A DNA stretch of 64,000 bases, taken from the NCBI GenBank assembly GCA_977017645.1, contig OZ360220.1, forward strand, positions 128,960,001 through 129,024,000, written 5' to 3'. Every line of letters begins with the position of its first letter. Position 1 is the first letter of the stretch. Made by a program: the position numbers and the translations under genes. Under the pieces are notes generated by a model that made no database searches, was not told the DNA's origin, and was given only the letters and a program-made list of their open reading frames with translations. Shown here in pieces: positions 52,775-64,000 of the stretch. The DNA comes from Torpedo marmorata. Its lineage: Eukaryota.

Positions 52775-55700
52775 ATGGCGGACAGTAAATTAATAAATGT
52801 AGTCAGTATTAATATAAATGGGGTCAATAATCCGATTAAAAGGAAGAAAACTTTAGCATACATCAAAAAGTCAAATGTAGATATAACTTTATTACAAGAG
52901 ACACATTTGACTGATTTAGAACATCAGAAGTTGAAAAGAGAATGGGTTGGTCAAGTGGTAGCATCTTCATTTAATTCTAAGGCTAAAGGTGTTGCTATAC
53001 TAATTAATAAGAAGTTACCCTTTAAAATACAATCGGTGGTTACTGATGTGTCAGGAAGATATGTCTTAATAAACTGTCAGATATATTCAGAAATGTGGAC
53101 TCTTCTGAATATATATGTGCCAAATACGCAAGATGAATAATTTATTCAAGATTCCTTTATGCATTTGTCAGAAGTAAACGATAATATTTTAATTGGTGGA
53201 GATTTTAATTGTTGTTTAGACCCAGTAATGGATAAAACATCCAAATCAATCATTAGAACTAAAACTGCTAAAAGAATTCTTACTATGATGAAAGATTTGA
53301 ATTTAATTGATATTTGGAGGAAGTTGAATCCGAGAGAAAAAGACTATTCTTTTTATTCTTCTAGACATGATTCTTATTCTAGAATAGACATGTTCTTACT
53401 GTCATCGCAATTACAAGATAGGGTGACTCAAGCACAATAAAAGGCAAGACTAATTTCTGACCATTCGCCTTTATTAATGTCATGTATAATTCCAGAAAAG
53501 AAAAAATTATATATAGATGGAGATTTAATTCTTCTTTACTAAAAAGAGCGGATTTTTGTAATTATATAAGAAGAGAAATCCAATAATTCTTACAGATTAA
53601 CTCTGATTCCATTTTGATAATAAATTTATTATTTGGGATGCTTTGAAAGCTTATCTAAGGTCAGATAATAAGTTATTCAGCAAAAATTAAGAAGGAATAT
53701 ATTCAGGAATTAGATAATTTGGAGAAGGAGATTGAGTTTTTGGAGAAGGATTTACAAAAAAAGAGATCAGAAGAAAAGAAGAAAAATTTAATTGAGAAAA
53801 ATTTATATTATAATACGTTACAAACATATAAAATGGAAAAGCTCATTGAAAGAACTAAGCAAAGGTATTATGAATTGGGAGAAAGAGTTCATAAAGTTTT
53901 AGCCTGGCAATTAAAGAAAGAACAAACTTCTAGAACTATAACGGCTATAAAAAAGAATTCTAAGAAAATAACTTATAAACCGCGAAAAATAAATGATTCT
54001 TTCAAGGATTTTTATTTGAATTTATATACATCTCAAGTCGATAAAGATGAATCTAAAATTAACAAATTTTTATCCAAAATTAAGATGCCTAGGTTAAATA
54101 CACATAGTAAAGAATCTTTAGATTCACCATTTACGATGAGAGAAGTTAATGAGGTCTTAGTTCTTTAACAAGTGGAAACTCTCCGGGGGAGGATGGTTTC
54201 CCATCAGAATTTTATAAGAAATTTAAGGACTTATTGATACCTCCTTATATGGAAGTGTTAAAACAAATAACGGAAACTCATTCTCTACCGGAAACCTTTT
54301 TAAATGCAATAATAACAGTTATACCTAAAAAAGATAGAGACTGGTTGAAAACAGAATCATATAGACCAATTTCGTTGTTAAATGTGGACTATAAGATAAT
54401 GGCGAAAATTTTAGCAAATAGAGTGGCTAAGTATTTACCAGATTTAGTTCATGTGGATCAAGCAGGTTTTATTAAGAACAGATATTCAAAAGATAATATC
54501 GCTAGATTAATTAGTTTAATAAATGTGGCACAAAAGAGAAAGGAACTGGCATTAGTATTAACATTAGATGCCGAAAAGGCTTTTGATAGATTAGAGTGGA
54601 ATTATTTATTTAAGGTACTGGAAAAATTTGGTTTTGGAAATACATTTATTAATTGGATTAAAACTATATATAAAGAACCTTCTGCTAGAGTGGTCACAAA
54701 TGGACAAATATCTTCAAAATTTTCCTTAACTAGACAAGGTTGTCCTTTATCGCTAGCATTGTTTATTTTAGCAATAGAACCTTTAGCAGAATTAATTAGA
54801 CAAGATATTAAGATTGTAGGTATTAAAGTTGGTAATGAAGAACACAAAATTAGTTTATTTGCAGATGACATATTGATATATATGACAAAACCTATTAATT
54901 CTTTAATGCAATTGTCTGTTTTATTGAGAGAATATGGGGAAATATCTGGTTATAAGATTAATTCGGATAAAAGTGAAATTATGCCTTTAACACAAGGGGA
55001 TTATAGTAAATGTAAAGAAATTACACAATTTAAATGGTCAAAGGAAGGAATTAAATATTTGGGAATAAAGATTGATACAAAATTAACTAATCTGTATAAA
55101 TTAAACTATTTACCATTATTTGTGAATATAAAAAAAATCTGGAAAGTTGGAAGGATTTACCTATAACTCTATAGGTAAATTATATTATAAGGGTAAATTG
55201 TATTAAAATGAATGTTTTTCCGAGAATTCAATATCTTTTTCAATCAATTCCTTATGAAATTCCTCAGAAATTTTTTAAAGATTTAAATTTAATTATTAGG
55301 AAATTTTTGTGGAACGGAAAGTTGGCTAGAGTAGGTATGGAGAAATTAACCTGGAATTATGAAATGGGTGGTCTACAGCTTCCTAATTTTCAATATTACT
55401 ATAAAGCAGCCCAACTAAAATTTATTAACGAATTGTTTGATTTAGGAAAACTCTCTGCTTGGATGAGAATAGAATTAAATAATATAGGAGAGGATTTGAA
55501 AGAAGTTATTTATAAATGGAATTCTAAATTATTATTAACTAGAGGGAAAAATTCTCCTGTTTTTGGACATTTGTTAGAAATATGGAGTAGAGTGGATAAA
55601 GAAATAGGAGCGAAAGGGTCAATTTCTCGAAAAATGCCTCTGTATCAAAATAAACTTATCCCATTTACTGTTGATAATCAATTATTTAAAATTTGGTTCC

Positions 55701-56549
55701 AAAAGGGAATTAAGGAAATAAATGATTGTTTTGAAGCTAGTAAATTTATTACGTTTCAAAGAATGAAAGATAAGTTTAATGTAGCAAACAATACAATCTT
55801 TGCTTACTATCAAATCAGAGCATTTTTAGTTGAAAGGTTGGGCCATAGTTTGATTTTACCTAGACAGACAGAACTGGAAGTATTAGTTACTAATGGAGGT
55901 GTTAATAAATTTATTTCTCAAATGTATAGATTGTTACAGAGGAAAATGCCTAAACCAGGAATTCACAAATCAAGATTAAATTGGGAAACAGATTTGAATG
56001 TAATAATAGATGAAGAACACTGGAAAGAATTATGTAAACAAAGTATGATGAAGATTATTAATGTTAGATATAGATTGGTGCAATATAATTTTTTTCATCA
56101 ATTATATTTAACACCTAAAAAATTAAAGAAATTTAATCCGACACTATCTGGTTTATGTTTTAGATGTAATAGAGAGGAAGGTTCTTTTGTACATTCTACA
56201 TGGTTTTGTCCAAAAGTATATGATTTTTGTTTGAAAGTTTAAAAGTTTTTAGATAAAGTATTAAGAATTACACTCCCAATGGATCCTATGATATTTTTGT
56301 TTGGAGATATTAAAAGAACCAGTGTTAAAATGAAATTAAATATGTATCAAACAGAATTTTTACGTATTGCTTTAGCCGTTTCTAAGAAATGTATTGCCAT
56401 TACATGGAAATCGGATGTAGATTTAGGGTTAGAAAGATGGCATGCAGAATTGCGTTCATGTATACCACTTGAAAAAATTTACGTAATAAATATCATTTCT
56501 TTTTGAAAATATGGAGCCCATATATAAAAACTGTCGGTTTAAGGATTTG
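52775..56549 (+). pseudogene. L1 ORF2p (endonuclease-reverse transcriptase), multiple stops and frameshifts
   Basis: SININGVN, LQETH, GGDFN, SRIDMF, YRPISLLNVDYK, LDAEKAFDR, RQGCPLS, LFADD, CFRC...HSTWFC. Confidence 0.9.
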
Positions 56550-56814
56550 AAGATCTCCGGATATTGGATCTGACTGGCGAACCTGTGTTCCACAACAAAA
56601 TTAGTTTATAGTTGTTTTGTTTAGAGTGACATTCTCCTTACTTTATCTTTTTCTTCCTTCTCTCTTTTTTTCGGGAGGGTTAGGGAAGGGGGGGAGGGAG
56701 GGAGGGAGAAAATGTATCACATGTAATCTGATAATTTTGCATTTTAAACTACGTATGTATTGTGTGATTTAAAATTTTTAAATAAAATATTTTAAAAAAA
56801 AGATGAAAACTTAC

Positions 56815-56855
56815 CTTCCAGCAAAGTGAGCGCAGTCCCCCTTCAAATGGAATTC
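56815..56855 (-). CDS. TBC1D13: TBC1D13 exon 3
   Basis: tcacag|GIPFEGGLRSLCWK|gtaagt; 41 nt. Confidence 0.93.
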
Positions 56856-56949
56856 CTGTGAGAAGCAGGTAAAAAGATCAGACTTGATTAAGGACCATTG
56901 TGAAACATAAAAGAGAAAGAGCACATTACTCCTATAATTATAGTCAGAG

Positions 56950-57285
56950 GAGATACAGTATGGATGGAAACAGGCCCTTTGGCCCACCGAGTCCATGCCA
57001 ACCATCAACCACCCATTTACATAAAACCCATTTTGCAATCATTCTTTTATTTTCCCAACACTTTCATCAACTCCCCAAAGATTTTACAACTCATCCATAC
57101 TCCATGGACAATTTACAACTCCAACAGCTTTGGAATGTAGGAAGAAACTGGAGCAATTGGAGGAAACCCATGTGGTCATAAGTGAGAACATGCAATCTCC
57201 AGACATACAGCAACTCAGGTCAGGATTGAACACTGATCTCTGATGCTGTGAAGCAGGGCTCCTCTGGCTGCACAACTGTGCTGCA
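56950..57285 (-). mobile_element. tRNA-derived SINE
   Basis: Reverse complement of the V-SINE type at 18630-18965 (ggaaacaggcccttt...ggaggaaaccca...ggattgaac). Confidence 0.65.
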
Positions 57286-58394
57286 ATATTGGAAGCATAA
57301 TTATTTTCTTAATAATGAACACAATCACAGAATTCAAAGGGCACTGGAGGCCATTCAGCCCATCAGGTCTGTACCAGTTCTTTGTAGAATCATGCCAGTT
57401 CCATTCTCCTGTTCCTTTTCCATGCAAATTATTCTCTCTCCTGCGCTTATTTAGTTCCTTTAACAACAATGAAGTGCAAAAGTTGCAGACATAAGGTTAA
57501 CTTGCCTATTATACTATAAAGCTCATTGTAGCACTAAAGTGTTTTTCTGCTCCACCAAATAAGCAATAGAGGAAAAACCCCATCATCACAGGAGTTATCC
57601 AAAATAACTGTATCGATAAATAACCAGTGATCCAAGTTGAAACACGAATCAACTGAAACAAGGCACACAGAAATGATATATTAGAAAGGCAATGAGAGAG
57701 AGAGAAAGACATAGAAGGTCTCTGGAGAAATGTCATAATTAGCCCTGACCTGGTAATTTCATGATGATCATGCTGAGAAAGTGATGTCAGAAGCACGGTG
57801 TGCGCGTGTGTGTGGGTGTGCGTGCGTGTGCGGTGTTCATGAGTTGAATGGAAACCTCTCTCCAAGCAGCAGTTCAATAAATACTTGTCTTTCATCCACG
57901 TACACACTAATGTGACTGATTCTCTTGTTCAATAACAAACATCCCAAGTGGCAGGGAATTTGTGATCCTGACCACTCCGAGTAAAAGACACCCTTTTGTC
58001 CCTTCCATATGTTTTGCCCCAGATTTTTTTTTTTTTTTTTACATCTGTGCTTGCTTAATTTTAATCACTGAGTGTAAACAGCTTCCCTCTATTTACTCTA
58101 TCCAAACCAATAATTAATTTGTACACATCTATCAAATCACTTTCAACCTTCAAGGAGAATCAACAGGCTTTTTCATTCTGATCTCTCACAAGAAATCCTT
58201 CATCTGTGGAACTACGTATTTTAGTAACTCTTTTCTGCAACCTATCTAGAACCTTTACATCCTTTTTAAAGTCTAGGATCCAGAACTGGACATAATGCAT
58301 CAGTTGTGGCCTAACTACTGTCTCCCACTTTTTTTCTGTATAAAATCTCAATTTTCCATTCTATGTTCCAGTTTATGAGTTCCAGGATCATAAA

Positions 58395-58740
58395 ACATAC
58401 AGTAAGATCAGAAATAGGCTATTCAGCCCATCAAGTTTGCCCTGCCATTTAATCTTGAGCTGATCCATTTTCCCACTCAGCCCCACTGCCTAGTCTTCTC
58501 CCCATATCCTTTGATGCACTGGCTAATAAAGAACCTATCAATCTCTGCCTCAAATACACCCAATGACTTGGCCTCCACAATTGGCGGTGGCAACAAATTC
58601 CACAGATTTACCATCTTCTGGCTGAAGAAATTCCTCCGCATCTCTGTTCTAAGCAGGCGCCAGTCAATCCTGAAGTTGTACCCTCTTGTCCTAGACTCTC
58701 CCACCATGGGAAACCACCTTTCTACATATACTCTCTCTGC
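58395..58740 (-). mobile_element. CR1 3' fragment
   Basis: FPMVGESRTRGYNF...FFSQKMVNLWN ORF 58477-58785. Confidence 0.85.
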
Positions 58741-60268
58741 CCCATGTTTTACTAAACATTCTCTCAATTTTTGTAGATTATGCATTATGTAAACACATGT
58801 CCCTGTGATCCTGCAAAGATTTTACAACTATTTGGTCTATATTGTTCTCCTTATACCTTTGCCTAAAGTGCATCACTTTTTACTGGCATTATGACTAACC
58901 CAGCAGAGCACTGCTTCATTATAGTGCTCTTGGTTCTCTAGTCTGAACAATCATTGCTACATTCACCCACTCTTTAAAAAGTTTATCCATTAATGCTGCT
59001 GTATTGGGAACCTGGCACAAATCTCTGTCGTCCACTGGCATTCCCACAGCACATGCTCCATGTATCGTCTGATCAGATGGATCCCATAGACCCTCATGTT
59101 ACCTCTTATTCAATGTGATGGAAGCTATGTTTCCCCTTTCTTTGTTTGCCTACCTGGAGTTTTCTCTATTTTGTAAGCTTCCCATCACCGAAAAATCTTT
59201 AAATGGTAAACAAAGGAAAAAAAATTTTTGTATCAAAAAATGAATCTTGAAATCTCCAGTCTGGGGAAAGCTGTATAGCCAAACCAAGAAGAGAGACAGG
59301 AGTTTCAATCATATCCAAAATTTGGTAATGAGACAGACTATGGAATCCAGGCAGTCTGTCAACACATGGACCAGTTGCTGCCAGTACCCAGCATCAGCTT
59401 CAGGCCTCAATGATAGCCTCTCCACTCCAATCCATGAGCAGTTCATTACTACAGGAACAGCAGTGAAAGGCACAGGTTGGCACCAAGTTCCCAGCATGGC
59501 AGCAGTCAGTAACACATCTCTATATATAATGTTTTAATGATACCTTTTATTTCCAATTCCACTTGCATTCCCATTCCAGCCAATGCATGCGAAGCACTAG
59601 ATGAAATATGAGTGTATATTCCCTAGTATTAAATTCCATCTGCACTTGTTTATCTGTCCAGCCAGCTATCTACGACTAATGCTATCCTCCTCACATTAGA
59701 ATAGAAAGAGATATTGGAATGCTGCGCAAAAATGCCAAAGTAGAAAATACTTTGTTTTTCTTTCTTCCATACTTTCAACTCATTATGAATTCTTAAGACA
59801 TTTAAATATGTTCTCCATATTACGAACTGTAGATAAATCAATTTTGGAGCTTAATATCGAGATATTAAATTGAAACCAGATTGTTGCACATTGGGTGATT
59901 ATTAATTCTTGGGAGATTATTAATTCTTGGGACATACAAATCTGAAAAGACATATTCGATCTCATCACAAATGCAGATTTTCTTTATTTTTCACATCAAA
60001 TATTACAGTTTACTAATAATCACAGGGACATCAAGATCAGATTTTGGATCTTGTTGAGTTTTTAAAACACAAAATACTTCTATAAAAGTGTTTAATTAGC
60101 ACCTCATTTCACCAAACAGTCCCAAATTAATGTTGATTTTTTTAAAAATGCATTTCAATTAGTTTACATTAGATCTGTACCTTCTGCAGACACAATACAA
60201 ATTTTCACTGCATTCTTGCCACCCATTCTCTAGAATTTGATATTAAAATGATCTGCCATTCTCCTTAC

Positions 60269-60342
60269 CACTGAAGCAGAGTTCCTGTAATTTGGTGAGG
60301 CTGATCTTTGATTCATTCAAAGCAATTCTGAATTCTTCAATC
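60269..60342 (-). CDS. TBC1D13: TBC1D13 exon 2
   Basis: IEEFRIALNESKISLTKLQELCFSG; 74 nt; ag/gt flanks. Confidence 0.9.
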
Positions 60343-63300
60343 CTATCAATAGAAAATGCCAGTCCTTAAATAAAGGATCTTTTAAACAGAGACCAAAAAT
60401 ACAAAAAAATAATCTGCAACGTGATTCATATTCAAATAAAAGCCCATTAAAATCCGGATAATCAAACGCATTGTTCATTGACGTTCAACAGCTACTAATT
60501 TTAACTTCAAAATAACAATGTAATGCTCAGAAGATTATTTCCAAAATACAAGACACTTCATCCATATTCTTAGACATATTTGCAAACTCAAAGGCAAAAT
60601 GTTTCACAAATTTTATTTTTCACTGTAACTTCCTCAAATCCTGTGCTTCTCTGAGATCTCTAAGCTACTCTTGCTGATTCCCCACTTCCACTGACAGCTA
60701 TGTCTTTATCTTCCGAGGTCCTAAACTCTTTCTCCTGAAACTCCTCCATCTCTCCACATCTTTCTCCACAATGGCTCTTAAAACCTCTATCACCTCTGTC
60801 CAATGTACACTTTTATGAAACAGTAGAATCTCTTGCTACATTAAACATTGTGTTTAAGTGCATTCTATTTTCTTCCTTCATCTCTTTCACCACGGTACAA
60901 TGCCAGATTTCTTAGTAAACTGGGCATTCACCAGGTGTCTGTCAGCAAGCAGAATGGCATGAGAGAGGAGAGATATTCTCCTCTATGTACCATCCTGTCT
61001 TTATGTGCATGTTCACACCAGAATCACCAAAGGACATTCCAGCAGATTGCAGCACTCTTACCGATCGCTTGACTGAGACCAGATAACTCAACACTGTAGA
61101 GAATGATCACAATGCCCTGGATTAACCTCTGGGCACTGCACTGAAGGATATAAAGGTCCTGTGAGACTGCAGTGCAGTTTCACTAGTATGACTGTTGGGA
61201 CTAAAATGATTAAATAATTAAGACAATTAAAGACTAGACATACACCTTGGAGTATGAGAAATTATGGGACTCATGTTAATTAGGAAATTGAACAATGCAG
61301 TTAGAGTAAAACTTTTCTCAGGTGGGAGATTCTAAGACCAGCAACCCTAACTTAAAATTAGAACTAATGCATTTGAGATAACATGAAGCAGTACTTCACG
61401 CAAATCTAGTTCCAATAAGCTGTGAAAGTTGTGGTACCTGTATTGCAAAGGGGCAGAAGCTCAAATGATAAATGTAAAATTAAGATGGAAAGTTTTCTGA
61501 ATTTATTTTACCCAAAGGCAGTAGATAGGGGTTTTATAGCATCCTGACAAATATAAAATGACACCCATGAAAAATATAAAACTGCACTATTAAAGCTTCT
61601 GACTTTATATATGTAACATTGAGCTACAAATTTAATTTTTATTTTTGGTTGAAGATAATTACAAGTAAAGCTCCTATAATCAACTATGGGATTGCTCGGA
61701 AATCCTGAAAGTTCAGTATCTGGGTCAACAGATTTGGTTTCCTATATTCCCTTTATGCTAAACAAGTTTGCTGGAAAGAAGCAAAAGAGAGTAGGTTTCT
61801 ATTGGTCGGTACTACATCGTGGGCTGAAGGGCCTGTACTGTGCTGTAATGTTCTGCGTTCTATGTAGAGTCCCTTCAGAGACTCCAAGCGTCTGTGGATT
61901 TGTTTCCAGCACTCCCCCGGCCTCTGCAGCTGCACGGCCTCCTGCATGATCCACTGGCAAACCCGAGCTCCAGATCCAATCCTTCGATACAACCAGGAAG
62001 CTTTCAGCGCCCAAGGTCCCTTCGGGAGCTCTTCTTGCCCTCAGCACCCTCTCAAATCCAAGTCCCAATACCTGGTTCCCATGAGCCAGTCTCCAGCAGC
62101 CTGTGTGGGTCATTCAGCCGCTGAGCCCCTCGGTCCTCTGCCATAGTCACCTTCCCTGTAGGGTTGTCCCCTTGTCTTCTCCTTCTCAATGGGGATTTTC
62201 TCTCATTCTGGTGCCCTGCACTGGTCTGATGATCCCCCAGGGACCGCAACCCCTTATGGTTAGCTGCCAAACATGGGTGCCGCCATCTTGGGCATGGACC
62301 TCCATGGTTCACAAAATGTTTAAAATAAACACCATTGGCCCCTTTAACAGGCTGTTTAAAGCCTGTACAGGACCACCTCATTAAAACTGGGCAGTTGGAC
62401 CCCGTGGAGGAGCACTGTGTCTCCACTCCCCACTCTTCCGGGTTAGCACTAGCAGCAGTGCTGCCATTTCAAAGATAGCTCTCTGATAGGAGAGGAAGGG
62501 AAGGGGTTGGGGAGCTGCAGGAAGGGAGTCAGGGGGATGTGGGAAAGCAAGAGACCAGAGTAGGGGGAATTAACAGAACTTGGAGAAGTCAAAATTGATG
62601 CCGTCTGGTTGGAGTTACAATTTCTTTTTTACCACCATGAAGATGGGTCTTAGATGATTTGATAGAGGTCTTCATGATTTTGAAAGGGTCCAATAATATA
62701 GGAACAGGGAATGTGTTACTACTTGTGGGGAGTGCAAAACTAGAATCTTTACTAATTAGTCACTAATAAATCTGGAGAAACTCTGTTAACCAAAACAAAT
62801 TAAGCACAAACTGCACAATGCAAGTAGTATTTACACTGAGTGGCAGAGATACATTTATAGGATAGCTAGATAAACACAAATGTGAGGGGAAAAAATAAAT
62901 GCAATGTGGAATCAGCAGGTGGAAGATAGCCTGAACACAAGCATGGTGCAATTCTGCCTTGTCTTTTAAAAAAATTCTGTTCTATTGAAACTCAGTAATT
63001 TACGTGTCCTGGGTTGTACATTTTAGATCAAAACACATTGAAAAATCTGATCAGTTGCAAACCAAAGACAATGTTAAAGAGCATACAAGTCCACAGGTTG
63101 TAAATTTAAGTCAAAGCTAAAAATCAAGATAGACAACATTTGTGACAGAGTCAAGTATTGCACGTCGTTTTCGGGGCCAGATGGCAAATGTTTTAAGTTC
63201 CACGTAATAAGACATCAGTTTTTCCAGAAGCAAAATGTACAAAAATGATACGACCTGAGGAAGGGGTTTCAGACATCAGTCAGACACATTGACGTGGAGA

Positions 63301-63528
63301 TACAAGATTTATTAATTCGGAGGTTAAATCATCAATTGCGCTACTTCTCACTAGAGTACAAAAGGAGCGTGGCCTGTGAACCACTCAGTTCCTCCAGGTG
63401 TCTGGAGTTTGTCTCTTCCCCCTACCTTGGAGGAGTTTGCACATTTCATGCAGCCTTTCCCAGCTGCTCGCAGAGAGCAATCAAACCCTGGTCCTGTTGA
63501 ACAAAAGATCCCACTTCCAGTTCCTCAC

Positions 63529-63551
63529 CTGTTCTTGTACAAAGTCGACAT
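63529..63551 (-). CDS. TBC1D13: TBC1D13 exon 1 coding part (MSTLYKNR)
   Basis: aacATGTCGACTTTGTACAAGAACAG|gtgagg; 23 nt, homologous to MSSLHKSR; all 12 exons sum to 1194 nt (397 aa + stop). Confidence 0.88.
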
Positions 63552-63569
63552 GTTGACTTCCTACTTCCC

Positions 63570-63975
63570 AATCGGCAGCCCGCCACCGGAAACCTGTCCC
63601 GTCAGTATTACGTCCGACAAGAACAACATTAACAACCTTAATTACTCCTTTCGCCCGACGGAGAATCGAATGTCGACGTCTGTACTGATTCATTCAGGTC
63701 TTCATGACAGAGGAACCTCTGCGGCTGGATGTTTTGTCAATTCAAATCTTGGTCTCAAAGAACTAGCAGAATCAGCTAATATTAGATCTGAAGCTATTAT
63801 TACATTAGCGGTGCAGGCTTTAAGTTACGGTTTTACACGTATTTTGTCTCTCGGATCTCTCGGTGAGACGGACCGATTTGACACCGGAAATAGTTGGCGA
63901 CTGACAGGCGGCGGCGCCGGTAACCCGGAAGTAGAGTTTGAGTTTATGGCTTGCGGTGGAGCGAGCTCGATTTGC
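63570..63975. promoter_or_regulatory. CpG-rich TBC1D13 promoter region with ETS (CCGGAA) motifs
   Basis: Raised CpG density; ACCGGAAAC ~63585, ACCGGAAAT ~63883, CCCGGAAGT ~63924. Confidence 0.55.
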
Positions 63976-64000
63976 AACGAAGGTGATTTATAAAAAGATA

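Larger units (their letters stand above)
50905..56800 (+). mobile_element. Full-length L1-clade LINE (5.9 kb), antisense in TBC1D13 intron 3
   Basis: G-rich 5' start, ORF1, ORF2 (APE, RT, C-terminal Cys motif), AATAAA 56781-56786, A-tail; 16-bp TSD AGATGAAAACTTACCT at 50889-50904 and 56801-56816. Confidence 0.95.

Noticed and set aside
61830-62470. GC-richer segment with several short overlapping ORFs
   Set aside because: No recognisable protein motif; probably a TE 5' remnant that I cannot classify.
63376-63993. 205-aa plus-strand ORF antisense to TBC1D13 exon 1
   Set aside because: GTG start, no recognisable domain, lies over the promoter; likely a chance ORF, though not excluded without expression data.

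Overview
Eukaryotic (vertebrate) genomic DNA, most likely a cartilaginous fish, inferred from the CR1/L2/Rex1/Penelope/V-SINE/Deu-SINE repeat mix. Two complete minus-strand genes are present in the same order as in human: TBC1D13 (12 coding exons, 63551->31856, 397 aa) and ENDOG (3 coding exons, 21616->7475, 304 aa); every exon was read by eye with GT-AG junctions and consistent phases. Just past the ENDOG stop lies an intact, intronless SRSF3 retrocopy on the + strand. The introns hold a full-length degraded L1, Rex1/Babar LINEs, MITEs and SINEs; a 5'-truncated L1 sits between the two genes and a Tc1 (DD34E) element lies beyond the ENDOG 3' end. The most notable signal is that two retrotransposition target-site duplications (TSDs) copied host RNA-processing signals. 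(1) The L1 TSD duplicated the TBC1D13 exon-3 splice donor, creating a candidate 51-nt in-frame cassette exon from the antisense L1 5' end. (2) The SRSF3 retrocopy TSD duplicated the probable ENDOG poly(A) signal, so a long ENDOG 3'UTR would carry full-length antisense SRSF3. The structures are seen directly; their use in RNA is untested. No prokaryotic-type system (CRISPR etc.) is present.
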